From positions 19,468,001 to 19,532,000 of the forward strand of contig JBHGNT010000009.1 of assembly GCA_043228905.1 (NCBI GenBank): 64,000 bases of DNA, read 5' to 3'. Within the stretch, counting starts at the first letter, position 1. Each line of letters opens with the position of its first letter. Below, piece by piece: positions 49,500 through 62,235 of the stretch. This stretch comes from Azolla caroliniana (taxonomy: Eukaryota; Plantae; Polypodiophyta). A program made the position numbers and the translations under genes. A model generated the notes under the pieces. It saw nothing but the letters and a program-made list of their open reading frames with translations. It was not told the DNA's origin and made no database searches.

Positions 49500-49971
49500 G
49501 GAGAATAAATTACAAAGTTTTAACCCTAACCCTTTTACTATTCATCAACTTGTAACTAGTGTAATTTTTCAGGAGCAAGGGGAGACGATGAATGTGGATA
49601 CACTTCCGCCGCTCGGCCTCTCTCTTGAGGAAGAAGAAAGGCAAAGAACAACCAAACGCCCTCGGATGTTGGGCTTCAAAACAAGTCAACACTGAGTAGA
49701 AAGGATTAAGAAGATAAAGGGAACGTGAGCTACATCGACTAGAAGCTATCGTTGGGGTACCTTTTACATTGGGGCCACAAGCCACATCCACATCGAAACC
49801 CTTTGACCTCCCACAACTCTTTGAGAGACTTGGATGGAAATGAAATTAGGCCTAATATAACATCATTTTCATTGTAGAACATGTTTGTTATTTTATTTTA
49901 CTAGAACTATTCAGCTTAAAACTCTATTTTTATTTTTATTTTTTACTTTCGATGAATGAGTAAATATCCAA

Positions 49972-50312
49972 TTGAGAATCAAGCTCAACATAGTGCAACA
50001 TGTGAACACACCTTTTGAGAATCCATGATTACTCAAAGGTCAAGAGTCACACCACTACTATCTACACATTAACTATGTGTCATAGAATCATATTCTATGA
50101 CACATAACTAATGAGTTACATATTCCCCAAGAGAGAGAGTGGTTGTTGTAAGTTAATGAAGAGAGAGGGTGACTCTATATAAAGCACCCTCCTCATACTT
50201 CATACTAAGTCGGTTGTGAATCCTTGTAATGCTACAATTTTGTATATCCATTCTACTTGTAAAATATAAATCTTCTTCTTCTTGAGTAGTTTATTTCTCT
50301 TGCTTATCTATT

Positions 50313-50357
<45 letters not shown>

Positions 50358-53300
50358 ACACACATATCTATTCCGATGCACAAGAATCACCATCAATTCT
50401 TTACATGGTTTTAGAGCGATTTGGTAGCTCGATCTAGCCCACTCGCCTCATTGTGATTGTGTGTTGTGCTCTACGCCGACGTTCAAGAAGAACCGGCTCA
50501 TCGCTATCTTAGTACCACTACATAGCTCGTGTTCGAGAGAGAAGGAAAAGAAGAAAGGAAACTTAATCGACAATGAATACTCAAATGGGGAGTGCTCCCC
50601 CTAGCGAGAAGTTGGACTGAAACAACTTCGCATCTTGGGAGTACAAGATGCACCAATACCTTGTTGGCCAAGGCTATTGGGGTTACATCAAGGGAGCACA
50701 AGAAAACTGACCCGACCCAGAAGACGCCGACTATGCAACGTGGGAGCAAGCGGCAAGCCGAGTGATGTATTTCTTGGCGACATGTGTTCACGAACACATG
50801 CTCGGGTACATTCGAGAAGACAAGACGCCGAATGAAGCATGGGAGAATCTACGAAAGATTTTCACCGCCAACACGACCGCAAGGAAGCTTCAACTCCACC
50901 AAGAGTTGAACAACATCCAACAATGGGACATGTCCATCACAAGCTACACCTTGAAGATCAAGGAGCTTTGCGACTCGCTCGGCTTGATAAGCGTCAATGT
51001 GGACGATGATGAGATGGTGCAAATATGCCTCGGCAACCTTACACCACGATTTGGCACGATGCGGACCACCGTACTAGCACAGGAGAATCCACCCTCCTTC
51101 TTCGATCTTCAATCTATGTTGCTGGTCGAAGAAAACCATGTTCGAACGAGGAGCAACGCCTCGGAAGGCCACATGATCTACACGCATTCGGACAGAGGAA
51201 GAGGATGCGACTGTGCAAGAAGAGGCCGATTCGGCCAAGGACGAGGCGGACGAGGCTCGACTTACGAAAAAAACTCGCAATTTCGGCATCAAGACGGAAG
51301 CCATCGAGGAACCTTCGGGAGAAGTTGGAGCTTCCATTCCGGTCCGAACCCACAAAGCTCGGTCAAATGCGGATATTGCAAAAAAATTGGTCACCACGAA
51401 AAAGAATGTCTTAAGAAGATACATGAGTTAGCTTCCACTAGCCGACAACTCACCAACTACGCCATCAACTCCGACTATGACGATCGCGGCGGAATGTTCA
51501 TGATGAGATAGAGAGTGAATTCTATGTCGACCTCTACTTCTACTAATGCCTCCGGTCTGGAAGATGTATGGTTCGTTGATTCCGGTGCCTTGAACCATAT
51601 GACGTTGCATCAAGAATGGTTCCGAGAACTTCGAGAGCCGGACCGACCCGGTATGTCGAAACCGGAGACGGCACTACGCACCCAATTCGGCACATCGGCA
51701 ATGTTCCATTCGGAGAAGAAGGTAAGCAAACTTATATTAAAAATGTCTTGCATGTACCAACTATCACGAAGAATTTGGTCTCCGTCGGCCAAATTGTAGA
51801 GCAAGGAATGCAAGTACGATTTAATCAAGGTGGTTGCTTCATCGAAAAAGAGGGCCGACTCACCTCATGCGGACGAAGAGAGGGCTGAATGTTCATTCTC
51901 GACTCACACAAGATGAAATTGGCCATGTTCGCAAAGGGCATGAAAGCCAATTCCGACATAGAGTTATGGCACAAGCGGATTGGCCATATCAACCTCCAAA
52001 AGCTCAAGGCAATGCAATCGAAAGGAGTCGTACTCGGGCTCCTGACATTCACGGAGAAAGAGATTGAAGGCGTGTGTGCCGCTTGCCAATTCAGCAAGCA
52101 ACATCGGCACCCATTTTTGAAGGAGCGGAACGTGAGCAAAGGCGTACTCGATGTAATTCATTCCAATGTATGGGGTCCGGCTCAAACGGCGACATTCGGC
52201 GGATGTCGATACTACGTGACCTTCATCGACGACTTCTCTAGGCACACTTGGATCTACCCGATGCGACAAAAGAGCAAAGTGTTCAGACACTTCCAAAAAT
52301 TTAAGAATGAAGTTGAGAAAGCCACGGGTCGACATGTACGATATCTTCGGTCGGATGGAGGCAAGGAGTACTTCTCTGACGAATTTTCGGCATTTCTACT
52401 GAAAGAAGGAATACGGCGAGAGTTTTCGTGTCGATATATGCCACAACAAAACGGAGTGGCCGAACGCAAGAATCGGCACATCCTCGAAGCACATGCCGAA
52501 ATCGTATTGGGCAAGTCTGAAGTTGGACTAAGGGAAGGCCAAAATACCGTAGTATGAAGATGCTCATTTCGATGGCAACGAATCGACTCACTCCCTCGAT
52601 AGTGACTTCAAAGGCCTTGACATTCGGACAAATGGAGTGAAGGAAGCCTTATAATCCGCAAACGAGAAGCTACGCCGATCCACTCGTGAAAAGAACCCCG
52701 TAAGCCGTTTCGGCTACGATGAGTATATGGCATACCATTACGCCTTTATGATGAAGGTCGCAACAGTACGGGAGCCGGAAACCTTGTCCGAAGCCGCGAA
52801 GGACCTGCGATGGATCAAAGCAATGAACGAGGAGATGCATGCACTACACAAGAACAACACATGGGATATCGTTCCCCACTCACCGCACAAGAAGGTGATT
52901 GGATGTAGATGGCTCTACAAGGTGAAGTATAATGCCGATGGCTTCGTCAACCGCTACAAAGCTCGACTCGTAGCGAAAGGATACGCACAAACCCAGGGCG
53001 TCGACTACGAAGAGACCTTCGCCCCGGTGGCAAAGATGACGATGGTGCGGACCGTGATTACACTTACAACGGCAAAAGGGTGGCAGCTCCACCAAATGGA
53101 CATCAAGAACGCCTTTCTTCAAGGCAAATTAGACGAGGAGGTGTACATGGTACAACCACTCGGTGTCGAATCGTGCATTCATCCAAAAGCCGTATGCCAA
53201 CTCAAGAAGCCTCTCTACGGCCTCAAGCAAGCACCGCGTGCTTGGCATTCGAAGATTACGCAATATCTTCATCAAATCGGCTTTCGAATGTCGAAATCTG

Positions 53301-54895
53301 ACAACTCCCTCTACGAACGACATGACTCTAGAAGCTTAATTGTCATCATCCTATACGTGGATGATCTGGTCATTGGAGGTGAAAGTCTAGTCGACATCAA
53401 CAAGGTCAAGTCCCTCCTCTCTAGAAAATTCGAGATGATGGGCATGAAGGAGCTCCATTACTTCCTTGGCATCGAAGTAATTCGGATTCCGGCCGGCATT
53501 ATGATCTCTCAATGACACTACATCCTCAACTTGTTATACAAGTTTCGGATGATTGAGTGCAAATCGGTTGCTACGCCTCTCGATCAAAACCTCAAACTAG
53601 ATGCTGACTCCGGCATAGACGAGTGCGAGGTGACCCAATATCGTCAAGTGATCGGGAGCCTCATCTATCTCACGATCACTCGACCCGACCATAGCTATCC
53701 AGCCGGACTCCTCAGCCAATTCATGCAAAAACCACGTGACATTCACTTGGATTGTGCTAAGTGAGTATTACGATATGTGAACGGCACAATGGATTATGAC
53801 GTTCTCTACGCATCGGCCACACCAATACGACTCGAAGGGTACACAAATGTGGATTGGGCAGGCTACAAAGCTGATCGACGATTGACCTCTAGATTTGTCT
53901 TCTCGCTCGGTAGCAGAGCAATATCTTGGAGTAGTAAGAAGCAGCCTATTGTCGCACTTTCGAGTATGGAGGCCGAATACAGGGGCGCAGTCATAGCCGC
54001 ATGTGAAGCCATACGGCTCAAGAGAATTTTGAAGGATCTGGGCGTCCCCATCAAGGATCCGACTCCCATTTACTGCGACAACATGAGCAGTAAATATCTG
54101 GCTCGGAACCCGGTGTTCCACGTGCGCACAAAGCACATCAAAGTGCACTATCACTTCATTCGAGAGCGCGTACAGGCCGGAGATGTCGACCTTCAACACA
54201 TCAACACGAATCTTCAGACGGTCGACATCTTCACCAAAGCCTTAAGAGTCGACAAGCTTCGGCAATTCATGTCAGACCTTGGATTGACGATCCCTGACTT
54301 GCCAAACTTGAGGGGGAGTACAAGCGAGAACCGGATACCGTCCGAACCGGGGAAGCGGACACCGAAGATCGTTTGAACCAGATACCAGCTGAAGCGGACA
54401 TCAATCAAAAGGAACGGACCCGAGTTGATCTTGAGGGGGCATGTTGAGAATCAAGCTCAACATAGTGCAATGTGTGAACACACCTTTTGAGAATCCATGA
54501 TTACTCAAAGGTTAAGAGTCACACCACTACTCTCTACACATTAACTATGTGTCATAGAATCATATTCTATGACACATAACTAATGAGTTACATATTCCCC
54601 ATGACTATGAGTCTTCACATTCCCCAAGAGAGAGAGTGGTGGTTGTAGTTAGTTAATGAAGAGAGAGGGTGACTATATATAAAGCACCTTCCTCACACTT
54701 CATACTAAGTCGGTTGTGACTCCTTGTAATGCTACATTTTTATTTATCATATTCTCCTTGGGAATATACACCTTCTTCTTGAGTATTCCTTTTTCTCTCT
54801 ATCTTTTGTTCTCTCTTCTCTCCTCTAATTCCTCTCACACATACACATAGCACACATCTCTTCTACTACACAAGAATCACCATCGATTCCTTACA
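49972..54895 (+). mobile_element. Copia element H (LTR family X): decayed gag-pol with an integrase C-terminal deletion
   Basis: 5' LTR ~49972-50405, degenerate PBS TGGTTTTAGAGC, 3' LTR 54442-54895. Gag CGYCKKIGHHEKEC; protease WFVDSGA; RT LYGLKQAPRAW and YVDD; RNase H KHIKVHYHF. No matching TSD. Confidence 0.9.
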
Positions 54896-55390
54896 CTCCC
54901 TCTACGTATGACACGACTCTAGAAGTCTAATTGTCATCATCCTATACGTGGATGATCTGGTCATTGGAGGTGAAAGTCTAGTCAACATCAACAAGGTCAA
55001 GTCCCTTCTCTTCGGAAAATTCGAGATGACGTACATGAAGGAGCTCCATTACTTCCTATGCATCGAAGTAATTCGGATTCCAACTGGCATTATGATCTCT
55101 CAACGGCACTACATCCTCAACTTGTTATACAAGTTCGGGATGACTGAGTGTAAATTAGTGGCTACGCCTCTTGATCAAAACCTCAAACTAGATGTTGACT
55201 CCGACATAGACGAGTGCGAGCCGACCCAATATCGTCAACTGATCGGGTGCCTCATCTATCTCATGATCATTCGATCCGACCTTAGCTATCCAGTCAAACT
55301 CCTTAGCCAATTCATGCAAACTCCGCGAGATATCCATTTCGATTGCGCTAAGCGAGTATTACGATACGTGAGCGGCACAATGGATTACTA
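54896..55390 (+). pseudogene. RT fragment of a second family-X copia
   Basis: Near copy of 53305-53800 (YVDDLVIGGES..DCAKRVLRYVSGTMDY). Confidence 0.88.
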
Positions 55391-58300
55391 CGAGACAATG
55401 ATTACCTAGTAGTCTAGGCTACTACTAGGCTTCCAGTTCGCACTCGAATTCGGCTCTCCGATCCGTCTCCCCGATCCGGCCGGTTGTTTCCGGATACCGA
55501 TCCGGCTCATCCTTCCGGATGTCGATCCAGCTCTGGCTTATTCAGTTGATCCGGATCCGATTGAGCTTGCTCGCTTAATAGTCCCCCTCAAGCTCAACTT
55601 GCGGTCGAATCGTGATGTTGGTGTCTGTGGTAGCCGGTCCTCCCACCCGGCTCCTTCTGACGTCGTTCCTTCTTGCTTGCGCTCCTCGTCCGGTTCGGTT
55701 TCGCTTCCCGCAACCCATCCGGTACTGCACACCTCAACCTCCTTGGTCAGCTTGTCTACTCAATAGGCCCATTTCAGTTCCTTCGTTGTTATAACTCTGA
55801 CGTTGGTCGATCCATTGATTCCTTCGTGTCGGTGTCGACTTCCACTGCCTTCTCGTCTGGTTGGCCTTTAGTTGATTTGGCTTCTCCGAATCTTCAACCG
55901 AATCGGCTTCCTCTTATTCATTCCAGTTCTTGTCCGAGTTGGTAGTCTCCAACTCTTCTTCCGTTTTTAGGCCCTTCACCACATCGGACCACGTCCGGGT
56001 CTTGGCCTTCTTCCAGTCGGCTTTGTCCTTCTTGACCTTGCCGTCGCTGCCGCTTGCTCCGACTTGTTCGGATGTGCTAATTCCTTTGGTCGACTCGACT
56101 TCCTTTTTTTGCTTATCTCCCCCCTTGGTTCTTCCTTCCTCTCTGATTCCTTGTCTGGTGCCATCACTAGCCCTTCTTGTTCTCCCCCTCAAGTGCGGCA
56201 TGTCGAGATGTTGTACACCAAACATTTCGGTGAAGTGCTGCAACTTGTCCTATCCGAGCGGTTTGGTGAAGATGTCGGCAACTTGCCGATCTGTCTAAAC
56301 ATACCGAAGTTCGACCTCACCGCTCAAAACCTGCTCACACACAAAGGGATAGTGCACCTCTATGTGCTTCAGCCGAGCATGGAACACAGAGTTCTTGGCG
56401 AGCTGAATGTTGCTCATGTTGTCACAGTAGATCAGGATCGGGGTCGGTACCCCAATCCGCAGGTCTTGCAGCAGTCGTCGAAGCCAGATGGCTGTAGAAG
56501 TGGCAATGGTAGCGCCTTGGTACTCAGCCTCAGTGCTCGATAGAGCCATTGTTGGCTGCTTTTTGCTACTCCAAGCAACAGTCGCGCTACTAAGAGAAAA
56601 CATGCATAACCAGCCCAGTCGACATCGGTATATCTGACTAGCTTCCCATCTATATCGTGTCGGTCTAACAGTCCCCGGTCCTTCATGTCACTAACATACC
56701 GGAGTATCCAGTGTGGACACTGAAGGTGCTCAACGATCGGCATCTGCATGAATTGGCTGATCACTCCGACTTGGTAACTAATCTCGGGTCGAGTGATTGT
56801 CAAGTATATGAGGCTTCCAACAATTTGTCGGAACCGTTTCTCATCGCAGGCCGGTTTGGAGTCAGGACGAAGCTTCAGGTTCCGGTTCATGGGTGTAGAG
56901 ATGGGTCGGCATTCCGTCATGCCAAACTTACAACATATTCAACACATAATGGCGTTGTGAGAGCAATATGCCATCGAGGGTTCGGATCACCTCGATCCTG
57001 AGAAAATAATGAAGGTCCCCCAGGTCTTTCATCTCAAATGTGTCCGACAATTGGGACTTCACTCGGCCGATTTCATTGAGTCTGGGTCTGGTGATGACTA
57101 AATCATCTACATAAAGCAAAATGCAAACCGGACCATCCGAACCATTCCGGATTGACAATGAAGAGTCGGACTTTGAGACCTCAAACCCCATCTTATGCAA
57201 CCGGTGCGTGATCTTCACATTCCAAGCTCGAGGGGCTTGCTTCAGACCATAAAGCGACTTCTTGAGTTGGCACACTCCCGACTTGTTCATCTCCGATTGG
57301 AAACCGGGGGGTTGGATCATAAAGACCCGTTCTTCAAGATCACCTTGAAGAAATGCATTCTTCACGTCCATTAGGTGAAGATGCCATCCCCTTGCCGCAG
57401 CAACTGCTAATACTACACGAACCATTGTCATCTTCGCTACCAGAACGAAGGTCTCGTCGTAGTCGATTCCATGAGTCTGCACATATCCCTTTGCCACTAA
57501 CCGGGCCTTGTACCGGTTGACCAAACCTTCGGCATTGTACTTTACCTTGTACACCCACTTATATCCGATCGGTTCACAATGTCAGGGAGGGTCAACGAGG
57601 TCCCATGTGCCGTTGGCATCGAGTGCCCACATTTCTTCCTCCATAGCAGCACGCCAATTTGTGTCCTTTGCCGCTTCTGCATAGCTCTCCGGATCACGCA
57701 CTTCCGCCACCTTAGTCATGTACACATAGTGATGCGCCATGTACTCATTGTACACGTACCTCATGACGGTTTTCTTGTGACGGGTTGACCAGCGTAACTT
57801 TTCGGTACCCAGTTTAAGGCCCTTCTTGGCCGGTTCAGACTTCCTTTCTAAAGATCTACCTTCTTCCTTTCCAGAGTTGGATTCACGCCGATCCGAGCCT
57901 TCACTGCTGATACTGTATTCCGACATCTTCTTCTTCCCTTTCTCTTTGCGCGTGAACCGTCTCCTCGGTTCCTTGCGCAGGGAGAGCACGGTAGAGTCTC
58001 CACTACTCGCCGGTTCTTCATCCGACTGGTCATCCCGACTCAGCCGCTCATTCGGCCCACTTAGCCTAAATGAGATCAGACTCTCATCTAATGCCGAAGT
58101 CTTCATCTTCTACCTGAACCTCCTCGGGCTCACTAGCCTCATCTTCCGGAATTGGGTCTTTGTCGGGAGTTGGAGTCGGTAAGGAGTACCATGATGCCGT
58201 CTCATCAAACTCGCCATCTCGACTTACTCGGACCTGCGGGGTTATAGCACTTATAGCCCTTCTGCCCATGCGAGTAACCGACTAGGATGCACTTCTCCGA

Positions 58301-60748
58301 CTTTGGATCCAGCTTCCTCCACATCTCATCCGGTACATGCACATATGCTATGCTACCGAATATCCGAAGGTGCCTCAAATTCGGCTTCGGTTTTGGATGT
58401 AGATGGCCATCCAAACCGCCTCAATCTAGTAGTATTGGGGCATGCTCTTCTCCTCCAACATTACCCTTGCCGCATCGAAAATCGACCGGTTGTTCCTCTC
58501 GGCCACACCGTTTTGTTCCGGTGTGTATCGGTAGCTAAATTCTCTGTGAATTCCGTTCTGCTACAGATAACTATTGAATTGGCCGGAAAAGTATTCTTTT
58601 CCACCATCTGACCGCAAGCACTTGATCTTCCTCTCCATTTCCTGTTCAACTAAGCTTTGCAAGTTCCAGAAACATTCGAAGACTTCACTCTTCTATTCGA
58701 TAAGGTAGATCCACGTGTGCCGGCTGTAGTCGTCGATGAAGGAGACGAAATACCAACTCCTGCCAAGACTAACGTTTTGTGTTGGTCCCCATACATCCGA
58801 ATGGATTATGTCGAGCTTGTTATGGCTCCGGTTTCGTTCGGTGGGGAAGGGTAGCCGGTGTTGCTTCCCGAGTTGGTAGGCTTCACAAACTTGGGCTTTC
58901 CGGCCACTGAATTTTGGCAAACCGAACACAACGTGTTTCAATTGCAGGTCCTGAAGCCTCCGGTAATTGACGTGGCCGATCCGCTTATGCTAGAGATCGA
59001 TATCCAATTCAATCTTCTATCCTTTGGCAAACATGGCGGTGCCGACGTCATTAGTGTTGAGGATGAACATCCTCCCTTCTTTTCACCCTTGCGCAATTAT
59101 TCGGGCCTTCTTCCTCGATGAAGCACCCGAGGTGCGTAAACCGCACCTACATCCCCTGGTTGATGATTTATCCAACCGACACCAGGTTCTTTGTGATAGT
59201 TGGAACGTGTAGTACGTTCATCAACCTCCCCTTTTGTCCGACATGGATTAAAGGGACTTCTCTGACATGCACAATCGGGTGAGAGGTGTTGTCTCTGGTT
59301 TCGACAATCCCCGGTTGTTCTGGTTTCTCCAAAAAAGAGAACCACTCTTCATGGCTCATCATGTGGTTGGACGCTCCAGAATCAACCTACCATACTTCCT
59401 CCGATTTGGAAGTAGTCTTCTTCATCGAGTTAGCCTTGTGCTTCATCACGAAGGCTAACCCTTTACCAGTCTTCCCGGTTCTGGATCCTTCTGATCCTTC
59501 TGCGTAGTGCACCCCCTGCTTGTGGAGGGTTCAGAATTGTTGTCGGCACTACCCCTGTGCCTTCAGTCTTGCTCTTGTCAGTCGCCTCCATTGCGTGCTG
59601 ACCCACCTCGTCCAACATGTCCATGGGGCGGATCTGTCTCCGTGTACAACATCTGGCCGTCCAATTGAGTGGTCCTAGACCCACTCACGTGTTTTTCTTC
59701 AACCATCAACATTGATTGTAAGTCGAAGAAGGATGGTAGCTTCTCCCAGGTGCAAGTAGCCGTCTAGATTGGCCCATACCGTTGTGGTAGACCACCGAGG
59801 CAGATTTGGACCATCTCGTCTTCATCCACCGTCACGTTGATGGACCCGAGCGCGTCACAAACCTCCTTTATCTTGGTGGTGTAGTCGGTCACGGACATGT
59901 CCCTTTGCCGGATGTTGTTCAGCTCTTGCCGGAGTTGCAACTTTCGGGCCATGGTACTCGTGGCGAAAATCTTCCATAGATTTTCCTCGGCCTCCTTCGG
60001 CGTCTTTGCATCCTTGATGTAGCTTCTAATCTTGCACATAGGACACGAGGCAGTACAATACTCAGTTTGCTCCTTGCTCCCACGCCAGGAAGTCCTTGTG
60101 TGTTGGCTTCGGCTCTACCTCGTTAGTTCCTTCCACGTAGCTCCAATATCCATGCCCCAGCAGATACTGGTGCATTTTATATGACCAAGATGCGTAGTTG
60201 CTCCGGTCGAACTTCTCTATGGGAAGTGAACTCGCCATACCTCTATCCATACCTTTCTTTGTTTGTCCTTACCGGGTATTAGGGTTTGTCTTCAAAGGCG
60301 TCTATCAGCTGCAGAAGTTCTCAACCCTTGCGCTCTAATACCATGTGAAAGTAAATGTGCGGAAGCGTCTAACAAACTGGCTCAGCCGGATAGCAAAAGA
60401 AGATTAAAAGAAAACTCAACGCACACACACACACATAGAGAGAGCAAAACATAAACTCAATTCAAAATATCACTCTAAAATTGTGTACATACAACGTGCT
60501 AAACAACACTATTTATACAACTCCTCAAAAGGACTGACTGAAGTACTATGTACTTCAATGCTCATACGAGCGACTAACACGAACTACGAGACAATGATTA
60601 CCTAGTAGTCTAGGCTACTACTAGGCTTCCAGTTCGCACTCGAATCCGGCTCTTCGATCCGTCTCCCCGATCCGGCCAATTGTTTCCAGATATCGATCCG
60701 GCTCATCCTTCTGGATGCCGATCCGAATCCGATTGAGTTGCTCGTTGT
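55387..60748 (-). mobile_element. Copia element I (same family as A): near full-length, decayed
   Basis: 5' LTR ~60344-60748, PBS at 60343-60332, PPT at 55581-55589, partial 3' LTR 55387-55580. Gag EKFDRSNYASW; integrase IIHSDVWGP; RT SLYGLKQAPRAW and LYVDD; RNase H KHIEVHY. Confidence 0.9.
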
Positions 60749-61135
60749 CATGTGCAATTGGCACATACTGGTGGATGTGCAGGTTTGGTAGGGGTGAATG
60801 TCGTGTGAATCTTCACACACTATATAAAATAATAAACCAGCCGGTTCCATTTTATTGCCAGTCAGTTTTTGGGGATTTGGCCACATTCATCCATCTAGAC
60901 AAAATGGCCAAAGTGCTCTTAGCACAAATGAAAAATAAGGGATCTCAATGTGCTTATATAGGCAGGGCCTTAAATTTCCTATCTATGTGGGATAAATCAT
61001 AGTTCTATTTTCTCTATAACAAGCCACTACTAAAATAATTATTTCATTATTATTATTTTACATAGTGTGTGAAGATTCACACGACATTCACCCCCACCAA
61101 ACCTGCACATCCACCGGTATGTGCCAATTGTAGTG
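60749..61135. mobile_element. MITE with ~75-bp inverted repeats, CACTA-type
   Basis: CAATTGGCACATAC.GGTGGATGTGCAGGTTTGGT..GAATCTTCACACACTAT from 60755 is inverted at ~61055-61130. The right end TAGTG is CACTA in reverse complement; the left end is degenerate and there is no TSD. Confidence 0.8.
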
Positions 61136-61950
61136 AGGTTCCTCTTTTGATTATTCTACTTCATCGATGTTTCTTCTTTATACCCGAACCGTCGTTGTCA
61201 TCCGATCCACCATATTCTTCATTCAATCTTTGCATTTCCATGAACGTTTGTCATGGCTCTCTTTGCTCCTCTTGAGCATAATGCTTCACACCTCGTGCAC
61301 GTGCCACCTTCGTCTCGGCCATCTCCTTGGTCATCTAACTTTCTTTTATCATCCTTTCTCGTTCCATGCATGCCTTTCAAAGGCTTTATCGAAATACTAT
61401 TGTTGAGTACTCTTAGCGGTTCATTCTTCAATTGCATGCACATCTTGAGGTCCTTAAGTGAAGACATTTCATGCTTCTCACTTTTTCTACTTTGTTGAAA
61501 AAGGGGTGCTCGGCCACAACCGAGGAATGGGATCAACTCACAATAAAACAGGAAATACAAAATGCACAAAACAATAGAGAGAAAGGTACACTGGATGTTT
61601 TACGTGGAAAACCCTAAATGGGAAAAACCACGGGAGTCCTCAAACTCCAACTATCACTATGAACAGGGATGTACACTGGTGAAGCTACAAGGCAACAACC
61701 TTGAGCTCACTGTCTTCGCCACAGGCGGCGGCAATACACAGAGGCAACGACCTCTTCGTCTCTCTCTCTCTCTCTCTCTCGGCTGCTCTCACTTCGCATG
61801 AAAATTAAGCAACAACAAAAACTGTTTGCCCTAAGTCATATTTATACACATATGACTTTCGGGCTATTTACAAATATAGCCTCAAGGGCTCTTGGCAAAC
61901 ATATTCACAAATATGTCCCCGCATCCGGATCTCCCTCCGGGTACATTCGT

Positions 61951-62164
61951 CATCCGGCTCCGTAACCGGGGTCTTCAGCATCCGGCTCCGTAGCCGGGGT
62001 ATTCATCATCCGGCTCCGTAGCCGGGGTCTTCATCATCCGGCACCGTAGCCGGGGTCTTCATCATCCGGCTCCGTAGCCGGGGTCTTCATCATCCGGCTC
62101 CGTAGCCGGGGTCTTCATCATCCGGCACCGTAGCCGGGGTCTTCATCATCCGGCACCGTAACCG
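61951..62164. repeat. 28-bp tandem array (7 full copies plus 1 partial) in U3 of the D LTR
   Basis: CATCCGGCTCCGTAGCCGGGGTCTTCAT units at 61951, 61979, 62007, 62035, 62063, 62091, 62119 and 62147. Confidence 0.95.
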
Positions 62165-62235
62165 CAACCGGGCTTGCCGTCATTCATCTCCGGACATCCC
62201 ATCCGGAGGGACCGAAATCCCAACAAACTCCCCCT

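Noticed and set aside
55581-56190. env-like extra ORF in the 3' UTR of element I
   Set aside because: Only short low-complexity Lys/Glu-rich ORFs with no transmembrane or conserved motif.
61951-62164. CRISPR-like 28-bp palindromic repeats
   Set aside because: Head-to-tail with no spacers and inside an LTR.
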